Both the position numbers and the translations under genes were made by a program. A DNA stretch of 62,693 bases, filler included, from Chiloscyllium plagiosum (Eukaryota): assembly GCF_004010195.1 (NCBI RefSeq). It is 3 parts of one record of this genome, joined end to end, with 100 filler letters (N's around TTAATTAATTAA, not from the genome) between each part and the next. Parts side by side here need not be neighbours in the genome. Positions count along the whole stretch, not along the records: positions 1 to 21,969 come from NC_057710.1; positions 22,070 to 35,593 come from NC_057710.1; 1 more part is not named here. One strand, written 5' to 3'. Below the pieces are notes generated by a model that did no database searches, was not told the DNA's origin, and saw only the letters and a program-made list of their open reading frames with translations. Of this stretch, positions 11,507 to 23,599 are shown in pieces; position 1 is the first letter of the stretch, and every line of letters begins with the position of its first letter.

Positions 11507-12622
11507 AAGGTTCCCTATGGGAGACTGTTAGCAAGGTTAGATCTCATGGAATACTGGGAGCACTAGCCATTTAGATACAGAACGGGCTCAAAGGTAGAAG
11601 ACAGAGGGTGGTGATAGAGAATTGTTTTTCAGACTAGAGACCTGTGACCAGTGGAGTGCCACAAGGATCGGTGCTGGGTCCACTACTTTGTCATTTACAT
11701 AAATGCTTTGGATGTGAGTATAAGAGATATAGTTAGTAAGTTTGCAGATGTCACTAAAATTGGAGGTGTAGTGGATAGCAAAGAAGGTTACCTCAGATTA
11801 CAATGGGATCTTGATCAGATTGGCCAATGGGCTGAGGCGTGGCAGATAGAGTTTAATTTAGATAAATGTGAGATGCTGCATTTTGGGAAAACAAATCTTA
11901 GCAGGATTTATATACTAGGGAATGTTGCTGAACAAAGAGACCTTGGAGTACAGGTTCATAGCTCCTTGAAAGTAGAGACGCAGGTACATAGTATAGTGAA
12001 GAATGCATTTGGTATGCTTTCCTTTATTGGTCCAAGTATTGATTGGGTGGTCATGTTGCAGCTGTACAGGACATTGGTTAGAATATTGTGTGCAATTCTG
12101 GTCTCCTTCCTTTCGGAAAAATGTTGTGAAACTTGAAAGGGTTCGGAAAAGATTTACAAGGATGTTGCCAGGATTGGAGGATTTGAGCTATAGGGAGAGG
12201 TTGAATAGGCTAGGGCTGTTTTCCCTGGAGCATCGGAGGCTGAGGGGTGACCTTATAGAGGTTTAAACAATCATGAGGGGCATGGATAGGATAAATAGAC
12301 AAAGTCTCTTCCCTGGGGTCGGGGAGTCTAAAAGTAGAGGACGCAAGTTTAGGGTGAGAGAGAAAAGGTATATAAGAGGCCTAAGGGGTAACATTTTCAC
12401 GCAGAGTGTGGTACATGTATGGAATGAGCTGCTAGAGGAATTGCTGGAGGCTAGTACAATTGTATTTAAAAGGCATTTGGATGGGTATATGAATAGGAAG
12501 GATTTGGAGGGATATGGGCCGGGTGCTGGCAGGTGGGACTAGATTGTGTTAGGATATCTGGTCGGCATGGACAAATTGGAGTGAAGGGTCTGTTTCCATG
12601 CTGTGCATTTCTAGGACTCTAA
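11507..12622 (+). mobile_element. CR1 LINE 3' portion (RT C-terminus and 3' UTR)
   Basis: [55 protein letters not shown] motifs, ending in a CR1 tail. Confidence 0.93.
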
Positions 12623-13029
12623 TGACATACAAAAGCACCAAGATGGGACAACTGATAATTCCTTATAACTGCACATTCCTACATGTCATTAAGCACCAGT
12701 CCACACAACCTACCTGTCCTTATCCACACCCCATTTTATAATCCTCTTTAAGTTACTGCTGTTTTTCAATCCCAATATAGCTTAACATCTTATCAGTTGC
12801 CTCAAAAATGAAAAATCAGCTTTATTTGCAAACAAAAGCAAACAGAAGTTAACCAAACTTTTTTGCCTGTTGGTAAAAAAATAACTTCTTACATGTCAAG
12901 CACCAACAATTTTACAGTCAATGAGTTTTCACTGCATTCTGCTCCCATATACTAGAACTGGGTGTCAGTTAATTCAAACAAATTTGTAGAGGCCAGTGAA
13001 GATCTACTTGATCATACACAAATTTATAT

Positions 13030-13720
13030 TCATCCTGTTCAATGTTCTCAGCCTCCTCCTTAGAAGACTGCTCCCAGTTACACAGAGCACAGTGTGCTAG
13101 GATTATACAGCATTGTCTAACCCGAATGGTTCAAGTAGTGGAACATTACCCTCAGCAGGTTAACATCTGCTTAACAATGGGCATGGTCAAAGATGGGCAG
13201 CACTGTGTCTATGCTCTGCCTCAGACAGGAGTTCCGTAGCTGAGTCTTCAGCCCTCGTCTCAAGTGGGCAGATTTTGTCCACTTAAACATCCTCAAAATG
13301 CAACTGGATCCTCAAACAAAGAAGATTCACAGAGTTCACAAGGATGTCATATAGTGATATCTCCCAAGCACATGGCATCAACTTCTGAGAATTGGAATCA
13401 GGTCATTTGAACATTGATGAAATGGAACCCTTTTCTATAATGAACTCAGCTGCATTATGATTATGGGTACAATAATGTGCATATAATTTATTAAGCCCTG
13501 GGCCTTACCTCATCCTGGGGAAATGAGCTAAAGAAATGTGGTCTTGCATAAATGGTTGGTCATAATCTTGACAAACAATTGAGAGATCATATAAAGGTCC
13601 CAAGTGGTTTCTTGGAAGGAGCCAATTGAATAAATGTTCAACACAACTTTAAAGGCTGTATGAGTACTGAACCATCTTCTCATTACCTCCACATAACCCA
13701 CAGAAGTGATTAGAGTGTAT
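13030..13720 (-). mobile_element. PIF/Harbinger (HARBI1-like) transposase relic
   Basis: Minus-strand frameshifted fragments LNIYSIGSFQ, RKGFHFINVQ, PLRRGLKTQLRN, EAEHRHSAAH, FHYLNHSG, IILAHCALCN occur in the order of Harbinger DDE motifs (GSFQ, NRKGFHSINVQ, GYPL..WLMTP, RFRCLD, ACC.LHN). Confidence 0.75.
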
Positions 13721-14009
13721 AAGAGTATATTGTAGTATACTGACAGTTCAGGTGGATAAGGAATCAGTTCCTTCCCCTTTGTACACTAGGAAGGCTTGCC
13801 TGAGCTGAATCTTCTATCACTCAAAGGCACTTCTTTTGAGATACATTACTCCTGCTTCACAGAAATGTCTATCGTCAATCTGAAATATCAATGACATGAG
13901 AAGAAACATTTAAGGGTAATTCAATGCAAGGAAGCTCAGCCGGTGTCATGTTCTTTCTGTACGGTGTTGCAAGTCATGGATATTTCCAATGTGTAGGGTG
14001 ACCACGTGT

Positions 14010-15662
14010 GCAGAGAATATTGTAGAGGAGAAGAATGAGATATGCGATATTAGACTAGAAAGGATTGAGGTTAGTTACTAACAGGTCTTATCAATTCTAG
14101 AAGGAGTGAAAGTAGACAAGTCCCCTGGCCTGGATGGGATTTATCTGAGGATTCTCTGGGAAGTTAGTGTGGAGATAGCGGAGCCTTTGGCTTTGATATT
14201 TGAGTCGTCATTGTCTACAGGTTTTGTACCAGAGGACTGGAGGATTGCAAATGTTGTGCCTTGTTCAAGAAGGGCAGTAGAGATGACCCAGGTAATTATA
14301 GACCAGTGAGCCTTACTTCTTTTGTAGGAAAGGTTTTGGAAAGGATTATAAAAGATAAGATTTATAATCATCTAGCAAGCAACAATTTGATTTCAGATAG
14401 TCAACATGGTTTTGTCAAGGGCAGGTCGAGTCTCACAAACCTCATTGAGATTTTTGAGAAGGTGACCAAGCATGTAGATGAGGGTAGGGCAGTTGACGTG
14501 GTGTACATGGACTTCAGTAAAGCTTTTGATAAGGTTCCACATGGTAGGCTGTTGGAGAAAATGCATAGGCATGGGATTGAGGGTGATTAAGCAGTTTGGA
14601 TTAGAAACTGGCTTTCTGAAAGAAGGCAGCGAGTGGTAGTTAATGGAAAATATTCAGCCTGGAATCCGGTTACTAGTGGTGTGCCACAAGGATCTGTTTT
14701 GGGACCACTGTTGTTTGTCATTTTAATAAATGACTTAGACACAGGCATAGATGGATGGGTTAGTAAGTTTGCAGATAACACTAAAGTCGGTGGAGTAGTG
14801 GACAATTTGGAAGAATGTTACAGGTTGCAGGGGAACTTGAATAAACTGCAGAATTGGTCTGAGAGGTGACAAATGGAGTTCAATGCAGTTAAATGTGAGG
14901 TGATGCACTTTGGGAAGAATAACAGGAAGGCAGAGGTACTGAGTCAATGGAAAGATTCTTGGTAGTGTGGATGTGCAGAGGGATCTGGGAGTCCATGTAC
15001 ATAGATCCCTGAATGTTGCCACCCAGTTTGATAGTGCTGTTAAGAAGGCATACAGTTAGGATTTACTGGTACAGGGATTGAGTTCTGGAGCTGCAATATC
15101 ATGCTGCAACTATACAAAACGCTAGTGCGGTCACACTTGGAATATTGTGTACAGTTCTGGTTGCCCCATTACAGGAAGGATATGGAAGTCTTGGAAAAGG
15201 TGCAGAGGAGATTTACCAGGATGTTGCTTAGTCTGGAGGGAAGGTCTTATGAGGAAAGGCTGAGAGACTTAGGTCTGTTCTCATTGGAAAGAAGAAGGCT
15301 AAGAGGGGACTTGATAGAGAGATACAAGATGATCAGAGGATTAGATAGGGTAGACAGTGAAAGTCTTTTTCCTATGATGATGATGTTGGCTTGTCCAAGG
15401 GGGCATAGCTGCAAATTGAGGGGTGATAGACTTAAGACAGATGTCAGAGGCAGGTTCTTTACTCAGAGAGTGGTAAGGGCATGGAATGCCCTACCTATCA
15501 ATGTAGTTACCTCAGCCACATTAGGGAGATTTAAACAATCCTTGTATAAGCTCATGGATGATGATGGGTAGTGTAGGGGGACGAGCTGAGAATAATTCAC
15601 AGATCGGTGCAACATCTAGGGCCGACATCCTGTTCTGCGCTGTATTGTTCTATGTTTTATGT
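14010..15662 (+). mobile_element. 5'-truncated CR1 LINE (RT domain to tail)
   Basis: [73 protein letters not shown]; ends in TTCTATGTTTTATG tail; multiple frameshifts. Confidence 0.95.
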
Positions 15663-16049
15663 GTCTAGCTGCGAGATGTGGATCTTACGTTTCAGATGTG
15701 GAGTAGTAGCTGGAGTTATTGTGGACTAGGAATTTATTTATTCCAATTATTCTGAGCTATCTCTTTAAATGTATGCCACTGCTTCTTTATTGATACATCC
15801 CTAGCCTCATATTCCAGTACATTTCAGCTAGCTCAGCTCTCATGCCCACATTGTTGCTCTTACTTAAATTTAAAATAATAGCCCTAAACTCATTCTTCTC
15901 CCTTCCAAACGTAGTGTCGTCGCTGATACCAAGGGGGTGTCTTTGCTTTTAGACCATTAATCCAGTTACATTAAGAACGTTCAGAGAACTCTCATTCAGC
16001 TGAACATCCCCTTTTTTTGTATAAAGTCGGTGGTAAAAGCACAAAATAG

Positions 16050-16760
16050 AAAAGCAATGGACTATTTAAATGGAGAGAGATTGAAGAATTCGGGAGTATA
16101 GAGGGGTGGGTGTCGTGGAACATGAATCACAGAAATGTAGAATGCAGGTACAATAAGCAGTTAGGAAGGCAAATGGAATGTTGTTCTTAATTGTAAAAGG
16201 CATAGAACCGATGGGTAGGGAATATTTACTCCAACTGTACTGGGTTTTGGTGACACCACATCTGGAGTAATGTGTACAGTTTAGCTCACATTATTTTAAA
16301 GATTCATTCCTTGGATGATGGGTTTATCTTATGAAAAAAAGTTGAATAGATGTAGGCCTGAACCCGCTGGAGTTGAGAACAATGAGATCTTATTGAAACA
16401 GAAGAGATGTTGAAGGGATTGTACAGGGTGGATATCCAGAGGATGTTTTCTTTTTTAGGGGGGGGTGACTAAAACTAGTGAACATGGGTTAAGGGTGAAG
16501 GATCTTTCTTTAGAGACAGAGGTGAAAAGAATGTGTTTTTCTCTGTAAGTGTGGCTAGACTGTAGAATACTCTTCCCTAGAAGGTAATAGAAGCTGGGTT
16601 TTTGAGGCTGAGTTAGACAAATTGTTTTTAGATGATGGGGGTAGAGGTTATAGGACACAGATTTTATGATAAACTGAGACAGCATCCAGATCTGCCATTA
16701 TCTTCTTGAATGGTGGAGCAGTCTCAAAGGACGACATAGACTGCTCCTGTTCCTGTAATG
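16050..16760 (+). mobile_element. Old CR1 3' fragment
   Basis: Degenerate CR1 ORF2 end and 3' UTR (GGCAAATGGAATGTTG, CACATCTGGAGTAATGTGTACAG, GAATGGTGGAGCAG). Confidence 0.65.
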
Positions 16761-17299
16761 CATAGTTCCATCAAAATAGGCCCCACATTTTGTGTTGTTT
16801 TCCATATTTCTGCAATGTAAAGTGACTTTTTGTGCTTCTCTATTAATTACATGAAGGGACTGAATTTAAAAGCAATCTGCAAAAATATCGGGTGAAGGTT
16901 CACGCCTGCCAGCAGTGAGTTTGGTGGCAGGGGGTGCAATAAATCCCTTCAATAATTGTTATTCCTGTTGGTTAAAGCTTGACTGAAGAAATATTCATGA
17001 AGCAAAACATTGCAATAAGCCATTTACAGCTTGATAAGTACATTTTATGGTTTGAGTATTACTGCAGCATTATACTAACATCAGTTAATTTGATATTTAA
17101 AATATTAATTGCTGTTGCTTAGATGGTGATAAATAATAATAGTTAAAATTGAGCATAAAATGGAGATAATCAAGCCTGCAATACATAACACAAGTAATCA
17201 GAAAAATGTAACTGACTTGTATATGACAATTTGAATGGTAAGAAAGGAGGACAAGTATGTGTGGACATTTATTCTCAGCCTTAAAAGGCAATATTAGAG

Positions 17300-18220
17300 T
17301 GATAGAGTTGTAGTCATAGAGGTAAACAGCATGGAAACATGTCCTTTAATTCTACTCTTCCATGCCATACAGGTTTGTTAAACCTAACTGCTCCCATTTG
17401 CCTGCACCTGGCCCATAGCCCTCTGAACCTTTCCGATCCATCTATCTGTCAGAATGTCCTTTAAATGGTGCAATTTTACCCACCTCTACTACTTCCTCTG
17501 GGAACTCATTCCATGTATGCTCTTCCCTCTGTGTGAAAACATTGAGCCTCAGGTCCCATTTAAGTTTTTCACATTTCACCTTAAACCCATGCCCTCTAAT
17601 TTTGGACTCCCCTGACCTGGGAAAAAGACCTTGCTAATTCACTTTATCTATATGCCTTATGATTTTACAGACCATAAAAAGGTCACCCCTCAGTTTCCTA
17701 CACTCCAGGGAAAAGAGTCCCAGCATATCCAGGCAGTCTCTGTAACATGCTTGCAAATCGTTTTTGCAGCCTTTCCAATTTAAGAATATCTTTCCTGCAG
17801 TAGGGTGATCAAAATTGTCCTGCACAGCTGGAGCATGATGCCCCAACTCAAGATTCAGTATTCAATTTGTACTCAAGAATCTGTACCTAGGTACCTTTGT
17901 ACCTAAGATGGTGCTGGAAGTGGTGACTTGTATACTTTTCACTGTACTCATGTGAGTACACCTGACAATAAAGCTAAGTCTAATTCTGTACCCAATGCTC
18001 TGGCTGATGAAGGCAGATGTGCCGAGCATCTTCACCACCCTATCTTACCTATGATCCCACTTTCGAGGAAGTCTGTACCTGAACCACTCAGTCTCTATGT
18101 TTGACAACACTCCCCAGGGTTCTACCATGAACTATGCAAGTCCTGCTCAGGTTTGTCTTACAAAAATGCAATACTTCACATTTATCTCATTAAACTCCAT
18201 CCACATCCACCATTCCTTGT
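17300..18220 (-). mobile_element. CR1 3' fragment with a nested short non-LTR 3' end (~17850-17987, plus strand)
   Basis: ORF 17634-17846 LGLFSLECRKLRGDL; tail at ~17300; nested piece ends AATAAAGCTAAGTCTAATTCT. Confidence 0.75.
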
Positions 18221-19097
18221 TATTTTTCACTGCAAGGTAATACTATTGTTAATCATTGTTAATTTTATAATTAATTATAAAGGTAGAAATTCTGGCTAAT
18301 CGTCTTTTATATGAATGCACAATATACCAATATCAAACACCTTTTACATTATTTTGGCAGTGACATGCATATTTGCAATTTGTCCCTCAGCTAAAAGCTG
18401 AGATCCAAAAGGGACAATCATTGTGAAGGGGGTAGCTCAGCATATTGTGGGAAGGTGACAGTACATTGCAAGACATAGAATAGTCATGGAAGAGGGCAGT
18501 CATTGATGGTCAGAACTACTCTGGCCTTAATGGTGGGACAGTGCAATATGGTTGGCATGACTAAGCTATAGGACTGGGGCTCAGGGGTAATGTTAGGAGA
18601 TGAAGATAATTTTTAAAAGTGCACTGGAAGGAAATGGAAAATAGCTACAATCATACCTGAAGTGGGCGGAGAGCATGTTTTGTTTTCCATCTGAACACCC
18701 AGAGTCTACTTGTGAATGACATGAGACTCTTCAAGTGGCAATTGTATTAAATGGGCACTTTCCCAATACTGGTCGAAGGCGTCTATAATTATAGTATCCT
18801 GAATGGGAAACGGATGTGGTCTCTAACTGTGTGGGAGGATACAAACAGGCAAAGTAGGAAATGTGATGGACTCTGAAGAGCTTGGAGAGCATGAGCTGTC
18901 TTTCAAGAAGGAAGATATGAACACTGAGCTGGTGGAACATTACCTTCTTCATAATTTAGTAATGCAGCACTGAGCTCAACAAGCCAGACAGTCTGTTTCA
19001 ATAGATATGAGCTGGGTGCAGTGATCACTCACTGATTGTAAAGTTGTTGGCCTTTGAAAACCAAGTAGTCTGTATCCAAGAGAAAATACATTTTTTA

Positions 19098-19450
19098 GAA
19101 ACACAAGAACAGGAGTAGGCCATTCAGCCCCTTGTGCCTGTTCCACCATTCAATGAGACCATTGCTGATCTATGACCTAACTCCATATGACTGCCTTTGG
19201 CCCATGTCACTTACTGCCATTGCATAACAAACATCTATTGATCTCAGACTTCAAATTCACAATTGATCCAGCATTCACTACTATTTGTGGAAAGAGTTGT
19301 AAACATCTACCTCCCTTTGTTTAAAGAAGTGCTTCCCTGTATCTCTCTTGAACAGGCTAGTCCTAATTCTTAAATTATGCACTCTGGTTCTACAATCCCC
19401 AACCAGTGGAAATAGTTTATCTACTGTCTTTTCATGTTAATATCTTGCTT
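19098..19450 (-). mobile_element. CR1 3' tail fragment
   Basis: AGGAGTAGGCCATTCAGCCC...CCACCATTCAATGAGA, homologous to 43800-44150. Confidence 0.7.
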
Positions 19451-20479
19451 GTTATGTATTCCTCCTTCACTTTTGCTGTTACTGAATAAAAACAAGTGCT
19501 CACAACCATTTGAAGGCTTTCTAGTTTGTGGTACTCCCACACTGAACAAATAAAAGATGTTAGGCTACAGTGAGCATAACAATGATTAGTACTCCCTTGA
19601 ACAAGAATATAAGATGAGACAATACTAAGGACAGGAGATCTGTGTGGGCTTGGTTTGTAAACAGGGATACGTTTAAAAATCTACGCATGCATTTGCAATG
19701 AAATGCAAGCCGTGCCATCAAAGTGTCTTCATAAGTGTTTGCTTTTTGTTTCACTCCCATTTATAGTGAAGGACAATCCCTGACAGCAGTGCTTGGCTTG
19801 ACACAAGTTTGTGTTTTAAATGGCACAGGAGCTGGTAATGTGCCATTGTTAAATGGGAGTGACGCACTAGTGATGATGTCATCTGCAAAAAATAACATGA
19901 AATGATCTGTTCATCTCACAGAGAGAAAAGTCATCAAAATTGGCAGCTAGCAAATATCAGATAATATTCAGACCATAATTATAAAGACATAGGACTTGCT
20001 AAAACGCGTTTTCCATGGCTCAATTTGCTTTCATAGCAGGCCCATGGTAGGCCTACTGACAGTGTGACTCAAATTTGCACATACTAATGAGACGTCAGCC
20101 TAAATGACTCAAGTACCTTCGTTCCTAATAGAGCAGTGGAGAACAAAAACAGTGAGACAAATTGGCAGGGACAATTTTAATATGATGGGTACCCCATGTC
20201 CATCTTATAGGATTGGTGAAAATTTAGTCATTGATTCCTTGCTGGGATAAAGCTTCACATGTGCTAATTCTTGCCTAATATTGAACAAAAAGGAATTCAT
20301 TTTCCTGTTTGCAGTTGAAGTGTTTGGTTAACAGAGATTTATTTTGCATGGTCGGCAATGAGTCAGAGTGGCTTGTTCTTGTGAAATCTTCTGCTTTCCA
20401 CCTCATGTAGTTGGTATCGTGGGTGCCTTCCTCTGAGATTTTTGTGACTATAGAAGTGAAAATACCTTCCAATGGTCAC

Positions 20480-21540
20480 ATTACCAATGCCATATTTAAA
20501 TGCCAGCTGCATTCCAGTTCAAACGCTTCAAGCCCAGAACTGACCCTCACAGTATGCTGCTTGAGCCTCTATATTTTTCATGACATAGTTCAAAGGAAAA
20601 GGTAGTTCACTCTCCACTTTGTGGACAGGGACTTCGTGAATGGTGTGCTGGAGAGGTGGGCAGTCACTTTCACTTTTTGACTGTTGCAGGAAGCAGTCAA
20701 AGTGGATCCAAGAGAATGCTGTGTCCTGGGTGTAAAGGAATGCACAGCAGTCCTGGAAGAGATTCGATTATCTTCTGCGCTCCATAAGGTTAAGGACAAC
20801 CTACTAGCGCACACTTGCAGAAGTAATTATCACTCTAACTGTCACTGCACATATCATTCATGCTAGTTCATGGTCAACCAGTTTTACAATTGCACGCATC
20901 ATGTCCAGTCAACAGCTTTTAGTTGTCACATCTTCTGAAACTAGAATCTTCCTGCCCTTTGTATTGCAACTCACTCACTGTGGACACCTCACCATCTCTT
21001 CTGTGAGAACAACTGGCTCAGATTTGGGCTGGAGGTAGAAGAGCCCATGACTGACAATGGTGGTACCTCCCGACTGACCATCATACCCCTTTACCAACTA
21101 AGGATTCATCCTCTTTGACTTTCACATATGGACATTTGCTTGAAGGAGAAGCAGTACGTTTGTTATACACCTGTTGACTCATGCTAAAGGTGTGATGTTG
21201 ATATATGTGCCACAAAAGAACACGTTCACCACCTTGACCATTCTATACAGCATGTGACAAGTTGACTGCATCTCCGTCCATGGCAAAAAGCCACACAAGC
21301 CACCGAGGCTGACAACCTGTAAGTGTGCACTAAACATCTTATCCATCACAAAGTGAAGTAGACAGCCTCCAAGTAAGCATAAGTAAGCATGTTAAGAAAG
21401 TAAGCTAGGAGCTATAAGATACATCCTGTGTAGATGCATCAGATTCTTGTGTATAAAATGATCGGGCACAAACGTGTATGGCACAGCTGTCCTCGAGCTC
21501 AATAGTGGTGTTGAAGGGCTGAAGCCATGGATGAGTTTTT
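20480..21540. mobile_element. Harbinger relic: Myb/SANT-like gene (+) and weak convergent transposase traces (-)
   Basis: Plus strand HFVDRDFVNGVLERWAV...RNAQQSWKRFDYLLRS (~20610-20790) resembles the Harbinger Myb/SANT domain; minus-strand traces at ~21200-21520 are weak. Confidence 0.5.
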
Positions 21541-21582
21541 CTGAATGCAAACATAATCATTGGATGCAATTGGTAGTGTGTC

Positions 21583-21969
21583 TGCAGACCATAATTCTAT
21601 TAGTTTTAAAATAGTGATGGAAAAGGATAGACCAGATCTAAAAGTTGAAGTTCTAAATTGGACGGTATTAGGCAAGAACTTTCGAAAGCTGATTGGGGGG
21701 CGGATGTTCGCAGGTAAAGGGACGGCTGGAAAATGGGAAGCCTTCAGAAATGAGATAACGAGAATCCAGAGAAAATATATTCCTGTCAGGGTGAAAGGAA
21801 AGGCTGGTAGGTATAGGGAATGCTGGATGACTAAAGAAATTGAGGGTTTGGTTAAGAAAAAGAAGGATGCATATGTCAGGGACAGACAGGATAGATCGAC
21901 TGAATCTTTAGAAGAGTATAAAGGAAGTAGGAGTATACTTAAGAGGGAAATCAGGAGGGCAAAACGGGG
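21583..21969 (+). mobile_element. CR1 ORF2 fragment (end of endonuclease/linker), cut by gap
   Basis: DHNSISFKIVMEKDR...WEAFRNEITRIQ...WMTKEIEGLVKKKK. Confidence 0.85.
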
Positions 21970-22069
21970 NNNNNNNNNNNNNNNNNNNNNNNNNNNNNNN
22001 NNNNNNNNNNNNNTTAATTAATTAANNNNNNNNNNNNNNNNNNNNNNNNNNNNNNNNNNNNNNNNNNNN
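21970..22069. other. Assembly gap with artificial linker (44 N + TTAATTAATTAA + 44 N)
   Basis: Seen directly; 100 bp total, linker at 22014-22025. Confidence 0.97.
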
Positions 22070-22430
22070 CCACCTTGCTGATCTTTAGGGGCCCTATTCT
22101 CTCCCTGGTTACCCTTTTGTCCTTAATATATTTGTAAAACCCCTTTGGATTCTCCTTAATTCTATTCGCCAAAGCTATCTCATGTCCCCTTTTTGCCCTC
22201 CTGATTTCCCTCTGAAGTATACTCCTACTTCCTTTATAGTCTTCTAAGGATTCACTCAATCTAATCTATCTATACCTTACTATACTTCCTTCTTTTCCTT
22301 AACCAAACTCTCAATTTCTTTAGTCATCCAGCATTCCCTATACATACCAGCCTTCCCTTTCACCCTAAGTCACATTTTCCATTTTCTAGCCGTCCCTTTA
22401 ACTGCAAACATCTGCCCCCAATCAGTGAAT
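22070..22430 (-). mobile_element. CR1 ORF2 fragment
   Basis: ESLEDYKGSRSILQREIRRAKRGHEIALANRIKENPKGFYKYIK. Confidence 0.85.
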
Positions 22431-23599
22431 CTTTCTCAACCAGTTTCACCCTCTCAAGGTTGAGCCTAAACCTTCTCCTACAATCATTGGGAACTGAACC
22501 AGCTGCTTCTCATTAGAAGGAAATACCCTTAAGCTGTACAGGGAACCTGGTGTAGGTTCTCAGTCAGGCCAAGATCTTGGGCAAATGTAAGGGTTGGAGT
22601 TCAAACAAATTTTGTTAGACACTGGTTCTGCGATCCCTGACATCAGCCTCTATTAGAACCAGGTGACCATTTAACAAGATGCTTATTTTGATTGGTTCTG
22701 ATTTGGATGTTGTTAAGCAAGTTAACTGTTCCAAACCAGATTAAGTGGACTTTCCAGGATGTGCATTGTCCTAGATACCAGTGTCTGAGTTGTCTTACTC
22801 AATTTAAGTCTAGTGGGGCGCTTTTGCTATCCCGAGTCTACATGCCAGCAGCAACAAACTGACTTGCTGGTCCAGACCTTGAAGAAAATTTTAACCAATT
22901 GGCTGAGGCTTGGCTTTGTCATGGATGTTGCTGTGGGCTGACCTCGAGTCCCTCTGTTCTGGATATGTCCTGAGTATGGCTTGCCTTCACTCAAGCGGTG
23001 TACCCCAAGCACTGTCGGATAGGTGAGGGTGTCCACTTCCTTTGGAATACCCTGCAACTCATATGCTCCACTTGCTGCATTTTCCAATGTTAAAGCCAGT
23101 TGTAGTGTCTGTTTGAAGTCCAATTCAGCTAGTCGGCTCTTGTGTATGGTTACATCATTAATCCCATGTATCAAACAGTCTCTCAACATCTCATTAAGGG
23201 TTAAGGCAAAACCACATGCCTCTGGCAGTCATCTTAACCTAGTTGAAAATCCCGATACAAATTCCCCTGGTTCTCAAATTGCCAAATAAAATAATAGCAT
23301 CCTTGACTAAATCCATCAGCTCTTGAAAGGTTTTAGTATCTGATGCCTCAGGAAATGTTAGGCTGCTAATAACTGAGAAAACTGCGGGTCCACAAGCTGT
23401 CAGGAGAATTACTCATTGATTTTCATCTGTCTGATAAAAGTAATACATTCTTTCCACATACTGGGCCCAGTCTTCAATGCCAGACTCCAATGAATCAAGC
23501 TTCCCAAATAACTGCATGATGCCAGACATGCTTACATTAACTCAAAGACAACTATTGCAAGCGAGCTTCTTCAGGAACTTTGTTTACTCTCGTTGCCAG
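22430..23599 (-). mobile_element. Gypsy LTR-retrotransposon internal relic (PBS, gag, protease start)
   Basis: PBS-like TGGCAACGAG (reverse complement at 23589-23598) next to an LTR end; gag-like MLRDCLIHGINDVTIHKSRLAELDFKQTLQLAL; LLNGHLVLIEAD resembles a decayed protease motif. Confidence 0.75.

Noticed and set aside
22014..22025. TTAATTAATTAA as a biological palindrome or piggyBac site
   Set aside because: It is centred in symmetrical 44-N runs and repeated identically at 35638; an assembly linker.
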